From Phoronis australis (Eukaryota; Animalia; Phoronida), in NCBI GenBank assembly GCA_002633005.1, contig NMRA01000232.1, positions 360,866-424,865 of the forward strand: 64,000 nt of DNA, given 5' to 3'. The notes beneath the pieces were generated by a model. It did no database searches and had not been told where the DNA came from. It was given only the letters and a program-made list of their open reading frames with translations. A program made the translations under genes and the position numbers. Shown piece by piece: positions 40,201-50,100 of this stretch (position 1 is its first letter; the number at the start of each line of letters is the position of its first letter).

Positions 40201-43200
40201 AAGCCACTATTTGTCTTTAGACCATCTTAAAACATTTATGAGAAGCAAAACTGAAAAGTTAACAAAGTTTGAGAGAGTGCATAATGGTGTCTAAGCAGCC
40301 ATATTCGGAGAGGAAATAATATCTGAGTTGTTTACAAACATGAAACTATGAATGACATGCAATGAAAAAGCAACACCCTTTCAATGCCACAAATTAATCC
40401 ATTAGATAAATACCACGATGACAAAACCCAACATTCAGTAAAATATTAAATAAGTTTTTTGCTACAAATCCGGTGACAAACGCTATGACTGCTCCGCCAT
40501 AGGGCTGTCTCTGAATACATGTAGCAAATGACTCTCCCTTGTCCTGGAGGTAAGAATTCAAAGCACATTGTTTTGATTGACCTAATTTTGGAATGTCAAG
40601 CACATTTTCACAGGTAATGTCAGAAACGGCAGAGGTGTCCAACTGTGGAAACATTCCTAATAGAATGAATAACCAGAATTTACGAAGGTTGGTCCAATTA
40701 TGTTTGTTAGAATAAACAGAGGTCACATAGAAAAAAAATCACATTTTAAAGACTGCCATGTGTACTATTTTCACCGTTCGTTTCTATGTTCACCAAGGAT
40801 TTTAAAAAGATTATTGCTTTTTGGGATGAAACATACTTAAAACTAGTTGTTCAGTCAGATACCATTAGTCCTATGCACCACTAATTAGGTCAAGCTAAAG
40901 TCAGTAAGTACAAACTTGAACTCATACATCCCGTTTTCCCATTGGACCAATCTGAGCTGTATTTAAGAACCAATTACTGTCAAGGGCTTCCACTTTAAAC
41001 ATGACCAAAAATAATGCTTTTCAATGACTCTACTATATCACTTTCCATCGATCTTCTAAAGACGACATTGTGCCACAATGACATCTTGACTTTAAGAATA
41101 CAGAAATCGTACAGTGGCATGTCGGTGATAGAAGTTATTCCACCAGCTGCTGCAGCTCTGGTAGCTGTCTCATATCCTTCCCAATCAGTGCGGCCTGGTT
41201 CATTCACATGCACATGGCTGTCCACAATGCCTGGCATCAACACAAAGTCTCCTCCATCTATTACCTGGAGAGAAATCACATATTATCAGACACTGAGACA
41301 TGATGCACATCGAGCATCCATCAAGGACAGGAACATGCCAACAATTATGACAAAATAGGAATGATGTTTACACTGCCCAGCCAGGAGATATGACGTCATA
41401 TCTCCAGGCGCGCGCAGAGTTAAAAATGGCCAGTTGCCAATTTGAGCAACTAAAGGAAGGACTGCTCGAAAAAAGTTTGATTACAGGGAGTAATTGTTCG
41501 AGTTAGAAGGAATTAAAGACATCGACAGGCTCCTAAGATGTCCCTCTAGGCACAAAAGGTACTATCTTATAACAACATGACTTTGATGTTTTAATCAGTG
41601 TGAGGCATAATTCTGTTGTATGACTGGAGTGGCACACGATTGTAGTCTTGACGGAGAGTGACGCTAACTGTTGGAGAGTGACGCTAACTGTTGGAGAGCG
41701 ACTGAGAGCTGCTTGGTTTGCAAAGAGTACCACCTGGTGTGTGGCTGAGACATCTGTCACTACAGTTTGACACTTCGAATCTCCTGCCGTTGAAGTCAAA
41801 ATGTATATTGGACCTGGGCTGTATCTATTGTTTGTTGACCTCATATACCTCATCGGGAGTAGCAGAACACATGTGGTCGAAACAACACAACATCCAGTGG
41901 AATAACATCCGAATACTTGACAGTGAAACAGGTTGGACCAAGAGAAAGATCAAGGAAGCCATGTACACGAAAGTACAAGGCAATGTCTTCAGTCAGCCAA
42001 GCAAACAACCAAGTGTCACCTGGCTCGGTCTACTTAGGAAGGTTTAAGTATAATAAAAAAAAAATTCCCGTCAGCCAAGCAAACAACCAAGTGACACCTG
42101 GCTCAGTCTACTTAGGAAGGTTTAAGTGGTGTAGTGGTTAAGGTGCTGGACTCGAATTATCTGTAGTTTTAGAAGTCGTGGGTTAAAATCCTGCCTCGCA
42201 CAAAAAAATCACACCATGAGTGTACCATGTATCCGTGCTCGTTCTTCTAAGAACGCGGGAACACCTGACGATGGTCGGAGAAGAGACTAACCAAAACGTC
42301 GTGACAGTGTATGTAGACTAGAGGTCGGTGTAAATAGACCAAGATTTTAATGATAGTTGGACTGCTGCTAGTCGTTGCAGCCAAAGTGGTGTAAGACAAG
42401 GACCATATAAGCAAAGTTAGATAAGTGTCCAGCTTGATGCTGTCTTCAACTGAAGTGGCACCAAATTAACCTCTTTGCAGGGTAGACCATCCGACCATAT
42501 TCGGCAATGGCAAATGTGACCGTCCCGAAGATTTTTCAACCACAGTCGTAACCAACCTGACCAAGATCGCCATCATGAACATGGGCTGACCATAGTCGGC
42601 GGGGGCAAACGTTGCCGTCCCAAAGATTGCTTGAACACAGTCGAAATAAATCTGACCAACATCCCTGTCCTGTGTATTCGCTGACCATAGATGGTTATGG
42701 CAGATGTTGTTTTCAAGGAAGTCAGCCAACCAGTTGGATCTGACAGGTACCCTTTAAGACCAGCCAACCATGATCGTACCCGGCAGACACTACCAACTGA
42801 ATGAGTTGGGGAGAGGAAGGAAGTGACATTGGACCAGTAGCCGGCAGACACCACCAACTAGATGAGTTGAAGAAAGTAGAAATGGAGGACTTGTGGGTCC
42901 CAGTAGTGGTAAGTATTAATGGGAACAAAAAAGTGTAAATATGTTCAATTTAATGTTTCAGCCAGTTGGATTCTAGATGTACAATATTGATGATAGTTTC
43001 CAACCTGGGTTGATATATACTCACCATTTTTAACACTGCACGCGGCATTGTATAAATGACGAGTTACTGATTTTGGGAACTGAACGAGGGACTGCTCAAA
43101 GAAAAAAGTTTGATAACGGACGTATTTATTCGAGTTGGAAGGAATTAAGGCATTGGTCGGATATAGCGGTCCCTGATTTAGAGAAGTAGGCAATCACTGA

Positions 43201-43656
43201 ATAACGGGCCCATTACTTAGTGGATGAAACTGGTTTTCTAAATCAGGGACTACCATATTGGATATCCGTCCAGCGCCAGAATTAAACACATGCGAGTCAG
43301 CTTCAAAAGGTGTCCCTCTATGTGCGAAAGGTATTTATAACAATGTGACTTTGATGTTTTAGTCAGTGTAAGGCATAATTCTCCAAAAAGCTTCCAGCGT
43401 ATGAAGCTCCTATAGAAGCTCCTCCGTTTCTACTGGGCCAGCTGGAGACGGTGATGTCTATCGTATCGGATCATAAACTCGGATTCAGAAAAGAAAGACT
43501 CACGGCGGAAAAAGAAGATTCGTCACTATTCTGGTACTGCCCCTCGCGAATTTCAATGATTTTTCCATTATCAACCACGAGCGTAGCCGGTTTCAACGTC
43601 CCATCTTGGAAAAGGACAAGTCTTGATTTCACAAGAGTTCGGTTATTGCTGCTCAT
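31076..43656 (-). CDS. ALN: Allantoinase (amidohydrolase superfamily), 11 coding exons, 456 aa, intact
   Basis: Exons 43504-43656, 41113-41264, 39708-39822, 37662-37808, 37129-37171, 35859-35955, 34678-34864, 33456-33594, 32804-32976, 32066-32098, 31076-31207. All introns GT-AG with compatible phases; total 1371 nt = 456 aa + TAA. Motifs: [40 protein letters not shown] (carbamylated Lys), [59 protein letters not shown]. Confidence 0.96.
32066..32098 (-). CDS. ALN: Allantoinase exon 10 ([11 protein letters not shown]), 33-nt exon
   Basis: tttttcAG/GTAAGT, phase 0/0; joins to give HKNK-LTPY. Confidence 0.92.
32804..32976 (-). CDS. ALN: Allantoinase exon 9 (GLSLFWT...[14 protein letters not shown])
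   Basis: AG/GTGAGT; KGxLxVGYDAD motif. Confidence 0.95.
33456..33594 (-). CDS. ALN: Allantoinase exon 8 (ELLWQ...SDHSP...GLQF)
   Basis: AG/GT; catalytic Asp in SDHSP. Confidence 0.96.
34678..34864 (-). CDS. ALN: Allantoinase exon 7 ([11 protein letters not shown]...[12 protein letters not shown])
   Basis: AG/GTAAGT; HIVH, ETCHHYL, KCCPPIR. Confidence 0.96.
35859..35955 (-). CDS. ALN: Allantoinase exon 6 ([25 protein letters not shown]...)
   Basis: YxTFLxSRP motif; AG/GTAAGA; phases 1/2. Confidence 0.94.
37129..37171 (-). CDS. ALN: Allantoinase exon 5 ([14 protein letters not shown])
   Basis: 43-nt exon absent from the ORF track; tttcAG/GTTTGT; supplies the conserved FHAE His ligand; phases 0/1 fit neighbours. 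Confidence 0.92.
37662..37808 (-). CDS. ALN: Allantoinase exon 4 ([26 protein letters not shown]...SVLL)
   Basis: 147 nt, phase 0/0, GTAAGA donor. Confidence 0.94.
39708..39822 (-). CDS. ALN: Allantoinase exon 3 (NCIPST...WGGVVPGNQ)
   Basis: tttcAG acceptor, GTACTA donor; DVAFWGG motif. Confidence 0.95.
41113..41264 (-). CDS. ALN: Allantoinase exon 2 ([19 protein letters not shown]...TDMPL)
   Basis: CAG acceptor, GT donor phase 2; HxH metal motif. Confidence 0.96.
41850..42128 (+). mobile_element. Penelope-like retroelement 3' fragment (GIY-YIG endonuclease C-terminus) with duplicated end
   Basis: [39 protein letters not shown] fits the PLE pattern SAxxEH..H.I.W..IL..E..R.I.EA..I; 58-bp repeat 41992-42049 / 42070-42127. 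Confidence 0.8.
42126..42199 (+). mobile_element. tRNA(Ser-CGA)-like SINE head (not a functional tRNA)
   Basis: A box TGGTGTAGTGG, TTAAGGTGCTGGACTCGAA arm, degenerate B box GGTTAAAATCC; no acceptor stem. Confidence 0.65.
42261..42310 (+). ncRNA. Degenerate minimal type I hammerhead ribozyme motif
   Basis: CAC-CTGACGA-T-GGT..ACC-AAAA(for GAAA)-CGTC-GTG. Confidence 0.55.
42493..42875 (+). repeat. Diverged 95-bp tandem repeat (about 2.3 units) followed by a 61-bp-period pair
   Basis: GACCATA unit starts at 42493, 42588, 42683; CGGCAGACAC at 42781 and 42842. Confidence 0.7.
43504..43656 (-). CDS. ALN: Allantoinase coding exon 1 ([10 protein letters not shown]...SSFSA)
   Basis: ATG at 43656; 51 codons; GTGAGT donor, phase 0. 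Confidence 0.88.
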
Positions 43657-44023
43657 CTCTCACAGTTTTACTTTGGTTTGGGATCCCAAGAGTAACTTCC
43701 TGTTCCTCGTCTTTCATTTTGTACTAGGGTACGATTAACTGATTAAGCTCGCTCAATTTTCACATTTCAGATTTCCATGCTTATACAGATTAAAAATCGT
43801 TATCGTGTAGATTTCGTTTGATTTTACAATAGCATTATAAGCAAACTGTTGAGTTTCTGTAACTTTTATGTTTTATTCGAATAACTAAATACGATATTTC
43901 CGGAAGTGCTTTGACACGTCGTCGCCATGAATGCAGTCTGTCCTATTTGCTGAAGCCAGTTTGTTATGAAGTTGTTCTTTTGACATTCCATTGACTCTTC
44001 CTGAAAAACTGGATAACGAAAAG
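43657..44023. promoter_or_regulatory. Bidirectional promoter region shared by allantoinase and GOLIM4
   Basis: Divergent ATGs 368 bp apart; ETS/GABP-type CCGGAAGTG at 43900-43908 and CAGGAAGT on minus strand at 43695-43702. Confidence 0.7.
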
Positions 44024-44195
44024 ATGCACGGACGAAGCAATCCCTTTAAAAAGATAGGGATAGCTGCTGGGATATTTGCATTATTTATTTATGGTCTGTA
44101 CGTGACTCACGATCTCCACACACGATTAAAGCAAACAGAAGATGATCGTGACAGATTTAAACGCAACTATGAAGCGTTATCAGCTCAGCTCCAAG
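44024..44195 (+). CDS. GOLIM4: GOLIM4 coding exon 1 (MHGRSNPFKK-TM-...LSAQLQ)
   Basis: aagATG; type II signal anchor IGIAAGIFALFIYGLYV; G|GTGAGG donor phase 1. Confidence 0.9.
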
Positions 44196-47100
44196 GTGAG
44201 GATCGATCGAATACACGACCATGCACGCTTTGCACTTGCAGTCCATTCATTTATGACCACTTGTTCAAATGTTCGGTAAAATAATTGTGTTCATATTTGT
44301 TATTTTAACATCTATTTTAATAATGTCCCACTACGGCACTACACAGTCAAAATAGACAGTACTAGAACACGAAATAAAACTATCGTGGCATTGGAACTCG
44401 GTGACAGAACTTAGGATCTGGTTGGATGTTGTGGTCCCTGGGTTATTGTTAACAATCTGACTCCATTAACGTGCATATTAATATTTTCTGAATCCTCTCG
44501 CTAGGGTGATCATGGTGATTCCAAAAATGTATTAGTCGAACCGATTAGGCTTTTCTTATTCATGCATCCACTGTTTTTTACGAGGTGTTCATTTGCAAAA
44601 GCCGATCTCGAGTGACCGCCATTATAAAACTGCGACACCTCTCGGCAGGAATGATAATTATGTACAATGATCACGTGTGTGTCAGAAGACCCCAAACTTG
44701 GCTAGTATATTGAAAGTACTGCGTGGCACATTAGGGAAACTTTGAGTAAAAAACCGTAATAATCATTTATAAAGGATTGCCTCTTCAAGGCTTCTTCAGA
44801 AGAAACACGAGAGTGCGTGTTCTCACGGACAAATGTCATCCTCGAAAACACTTGACATCTCGCTGACACTATTTCGGCTTGAGTTTTGGCAGACTTTGTG
44901 TCGTCTCAGGAACAAAACTGTTTCAAACAAGTGTAATTAGGTAATAAGATAACTAACATCACTGGCAGGCTATTCTAACCAGTTTTATCCATTAACATCA
45001 TACAGCGCGAACATGTCCATTTGAAAATACGAGAGCGTTATACTTAACCTAGTCACCAACTGGGCCACTAGCTTTCAAATCTTAAGAGCCCAGACTAAAA
45101 GTTAGGGACCCAGATTTTTTGTCGGATTGTNNNNNNNNNNNNNNNNNNNNNNNNNNNNNNNNNNNNNNNNNNNNNNNNNNNNNNNNNNNNNNNNNNNNNN
45201 NNNNNNNNNNNNNNNNNNNNNNNNNNNNNNNNNNNNNNNNNNNNNNNNNNNNNNNNNNNNNNNNNNNNNNNNNNNNNNNNNNNNNNNNNNNNNNNNNNNN
45301 NNNNNNNNNNNNNNNNNNNNNNNNNNNNNNNNNNNNNNNNNNNNNNNNNNNNNNNNNNNNNNNNNNNNNNNNNNNNNNNNNNNNNNNNNNNNNNNNNNNN
45401 NNNNNNNNNNNNNNNNNNNNNNNNNNNNNNNNNNNNNNNNNNNNNNNNNNNNNNNNNNNNNNNNNNNNNNNNNNNNNNNNNNNNNNNNNNNNNNNNNNNN
45501 NNNNNNNNNNNNNNNNNNNNNNNNNNNNNNNNNNNNNNNNNNNNNNNNNNNNNNNNNNNNNNNNNNNNNNNNNNNNNNNNNNNNNNNNNNNNNNNNNNNN
45601 NNNNNNNNNNNNNNNNNNNNNNNNNNNNNNNNNNNNNNNNNNNNNNNNNNNNNNNNNNNNNNNNNNNNNNNNNNNNNNNNNNNNNNNNNNNNNNNNNNNN
45701 NNNNNNNNNNNNNNNNNNNNNNNNNNNNNNNNNNNNNNNNNNNNNNNNNNNNNNNNNNNNNNNNNNNNNNNNNNNNNNNNNNNNNNNNNNNNNNNNNNNN
45801 NNNNNNNNNNNNNNNNNNNNNNNNNNNNNNNNNNNNNNNNNNNNNNNNNNNNNNNNNNNNNNNNNNNNNNNNNNNNNNNNNNNNNNNNNNNNNNNNNNNN
45901 NNNNNNNNNNNNNNNNNNNNNNNNNNNNNNNNNNNNNNNNNNNNNNNNNNNNNGTGTAATTAGGTAATAAGATAACTAACATCACTGGCAGGCTATTCTA
46001 ACCAGTTTTATCCATTAACATCATACAGCGTGAACATGTCCATTTGAAAATACGAGAGCGTTATACTTAACCTAGTCACCAACTGGGCCACTAGCTTTCA
46101 AATCTTAAGAACCCAGACTAAAAGTTAGGGACCCAGATTTTTTGTCGGATTGTAATGACAATCACAAGAATGAACAACATTGAACAAGTGGAATCAGACC
46201 TTGAGTCTAAAGAGTAAAGTATGTAATTTGATCGACCGTTGTGCTTAAAATGATACTGTCTAATAAACTCAAAAACGTACAACTTAGTTTGCACTAACCA
46301 TGCAGTGAGTGGTGTCACCGTTTTAAAAACTATTTAACTTTTTTCAGAAGAATTCTAATAAAAATCGTTGGCTTACTAATCTGGCCTTGCCAATAATGCA
46401 AAACTCTTCATTTTCAGAAATAGTACTGTTAGTACAACGTACATATAAATGCCTAACACATAGATCCATTTGGCTTCACTTATTGTCCGCCCTCGTGATC
46501 CCCAGCAGTCACTTGTCATGAGATTATCACCTGCCAAAGAAAAAGTTATTAATAGTTTCCTGGACCAGAGTTCTAATCAGTTTGTCCACGATCAGGGTAT
46601 AATTGCAATTACAGTCATGTTATGAGGTGTTTCCATGTATTTATGTCCACAAAGTCATTAAATTTTGTTCCCAAATGATGAGTGTATTGTACAAGTTATT
46701 GTCATTGAATTCTTCAAAGGGATGATTATATTGGCCTCTGAAATTTTAGAGTGCTACAAGTTACCAGAAACATTGCATTTTTTGATGATACATGTGCTCA
46801 TTTTATGCAATTATAATAATGCATTTAGAAATATAGCATCATAGGGAAATATTTTAAAATGCTAAATTCTTGCAGATAATGATCTCTTTCATTGCACAAA
46901 ACCGAATTGAATCTGATGCCTGGAAGCAAAGATATTGCATGCTGAATCAACACTATTTTTCGTTATATTTTACAATTTATCTTTGTTTTTAGTTCATACC
47001 ACAATAAAATACGTGGAACATTAGGAACTCTTAAAGTTTGCTTTCTGATAGTGACTGTCACATATTATAAAGATGGAATAATTGAAATACACCCTGAGTG

Positions 47101-50100
47101 TTGACTCTAAAATGTGTATTTTTAACACACAAAATATTGACTTAAATGTCCCTTCCAAACATGTAGATCTCTCTAAACATGTTGCTGTTACTTAGTGTTT
47201 TATGTTATGGAATGTGCTTCTTTAAGCACTTTATTCACACAGTCAATTAATGATAAACTATATCTCATGAAGTTGCAATTTCACTGGTAAGTTTTTTTTA
47301 GCACACTTACAATTAGTTATTGTGTAGACTTCGACAGACAGAGTTTCATTAGTGTCTCTGCTGTCTAATATGATGTGTTATACAGGTCTAAAATTATTTT
47401 TTGCTTGAAAATTATAGCATTTCATTTTCATGCAGTGTTCCGTGTCAGTAAACAGATGACCTGTTCACCGTTCCAAGAGGTTTGAAACATTCGAGCACTT
47501 ACTTAGTTTGTAATGCTTACCCCGGTATGTATATTTGTGTTCTGGGGGGTTTGCAGTGTTTGCCTCTCTGCGGGTATGAAACACTGCCTACAAAACACCT
47601 CATGTACTGAAAAATTGTCTCCAATCACTGTACAGCAAGGAGATGTTTTTGATTGACCGAGTTGTGTTTTAATTGGCCTTGATATATAGTTATGCACATG
47701 TATTTGCTTTTTATCCGACTGATCGTGCAAGAATTCATGGTATGTGTTGTAGTATATATTGGTTGTGTCTGTTTTTTGGTATCTGCCTCTATCTGCCAAT
47801 CATCTAAAAGTATCATTATGAAGTTTGACAGAGGTGTTCTTATTGAGATGAGCATGGCTGATATGGATTTTTGGAGTACTTCGACTTCTATGAGTGTGAC
47901 ATCCCCCAGTAGCACAAGCAATTTCTTTTCATAGGCATCTACCAAGTTCCTTGATGGATATTTATGCAATTTGTCAAATGGGGACAACATATTCCTTTTT
48001 TGAATGCATTCAATGCATTAGATGTGCCCTCTAATTGCATTTTGCGTCATCTCTGTTTGTCCAGCACCTGCTATTGTGTCTCTGAAACCCATTAAAAGAT
48101 TTTGTCAGTTGCTTTTGTCATCTCCCTCTGTATCCAGTAGAAGGATCGTATTGAAAATTTGCAGACGTGTCCTTACAATAAATTTTATTGCACAATGCTA
48201 ACTGCATCCTCGTGACAGCAAATGACCAAGCCAGGGCATGATATACGGTAGTCTCTTCTCATTTTCAGAATCGTCATTTTCAGAATCAGTTTCATTCACT
48301 GAGTAACTTGTGATTATATTATTCTTAAAATGATGGGCCACTAATTTGGTATCAGCATTGTGTCATTGTGGCCACATTGAATGGGTAGCAGTGTTCTCAT
48401 CAGGAATTTACTGGAGGGTGGTGGTAAGGAGGGTGGTGGTAAGGAGGGTGGTGGTAAGCAGGGTGGTGGTAAGCAGGGTGGTGGTAAGGAGGGTGGTGGT
48501 AAGGAGGGTGGTGGTAAGGAGGGTGGTGGTAAGGAGGGTGGTGGTAAGCCCGAAGGGGAGAGAACTGTGGTTTTTTGGTAATGTTTTTTTGCGAATAAGC
48601 GGTACTTAGGGACTTAACATTTTACAGATCGAGACTATTTAAAACCAGTGCATTGTCACGATGGACGTTAATAAAAAAATATGCATCGTTGCTCAGTAAT
48701 TGAGCATACGGTGGTCAATTTTCAGCATGGGGCTTCAAACTTTGAGTGTGATACGCCATCATGCTCAAAATGCCTGGTGTGAATACTGAATTGGAATTCA
48801 TGCTGTCATCGTGCCTCCAAAATCATCATTTTTCATCTCAGTTCTGTTGAAGAGTTTTTAGGAAATGGATCATTGAGTTTTAGGGGCTCACTTGTAGAGT
48901 ACTTGAGGTATCAGGCATTTCAAGTTGTTAGTTGTCATGGTTTTGTCGACTCGCTTTAGTGTTTAAAGGTACTGATAGTCACTGATTTTTTTCCTTTTTT
49001 CCGCCACAGTCTGCAACACGAACTTTTGAAACCCCTTGATTCAAACATGAACATAGGGTTAAAATTTTCATGCCGAATATTCAAACTTTTTTTTCACATC
49101 AGTATTCAGGGCAATCCATGGGAGGAAGCAAAGGTTGCCTGAGTGTGTCCTCACTCAGTGTTATCACATTGTTGATAAAGTGGCCACTGCAGACAGAAAG
49201 TCATCATTTTGTCTGGATTTGTTAGTACATAGCATGACCTCACCCCATCATGCACATTGTGTTAAACATTTTTTATGGGTAATTTGACTTGTTTTATTTA
49301 CCGACAGTTTTCTGAAATGTGTTTTGAAGTTGTCTTTTTTATCAAATATAAGTTAACAAATTTTCAAGTCATTGTATGTGTCTTTCTAAATTTTTGTTGT
49401 TTCTGACAGAGATTGCTCGTGTAATTAGGTCAGGTCTGAAAATCGGCAGGACAGTACGTATATCTTGGCTGTTGAACATAGTTATTGGAACTGAAAAGCA
49501 AGAAACAGCTTGCTCAGCCTAGTTGACATTTCATGAATTTACTCACTTCATCAACACTTCTGGTTTCAAGAGCTGCTATTTTTATCATACAAACCCTGCT
49601 TTATGTTTTTCAAAACAAAAAATCTGTTTCAGCAAGCATATTAATTTAACTTTTTCCGTTTAATTTATAAATCTGTGAACATTTTCATTGCTTGATTTAT
49701 TTCACTGAGCTCTGCCACAGGTTCGTTTTACTGGAAAGTTGCTGCACCCTATGTTTATTGAACATTTTCAAATAGGGAACAGTGCCACCTTCATGAAAAA
49801 CATACAACTACTTGAAGAACGTTGTTTGCTGCAAAAAACATCATCAATAGATTTGTTGCAAGAATTATCGAATTTGAAGGATTGTATTCTTAGTTTTTGG
49901 TAATTAAAGCTCAGTATTGTTAGGATTATGGTATCTACTTCTATTACATAAATAAATGTTAATTTAGTTTAGAAACTCTAATTTCATGAAAAAGTCAGAT
50001 TCCATGAATTCCATCCATTTTTTGTTATCATAGAAAAGCAAGGTATCTGGTATTATTAATTTCTTTGAAATAGATTAAAAATGTTCAAACTACCTTGTTT

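Noticed and set aside
42126-42199. Functional tRNA-Ser gene
   Set aside because: No acceptor stem, broken anticodon stem and mutated B box.
31076-43656. Horizontal transfer of a bacterial allB, or identity as dihydroorotase/dihydropyrimidinase
   Set aside because: Ten spliceosomal introns and animal-type allantoinase motifs ([26 protein letters not shown]).
43991-44023. N-terminal extension of GOLIM4 from the ORF-track start
   Set aside because: That start is TTG; the ATG at 44024 gives the expected short cytosolic tail.
45095-45985. Three long ORFs in the ORF track
   Set aside because: They are runs of N.
48346-48609. EGGGK or RRVVV repeat proteins
   Set aside because: Translations of a 15-bp minisatellite with no supporting gene structure.
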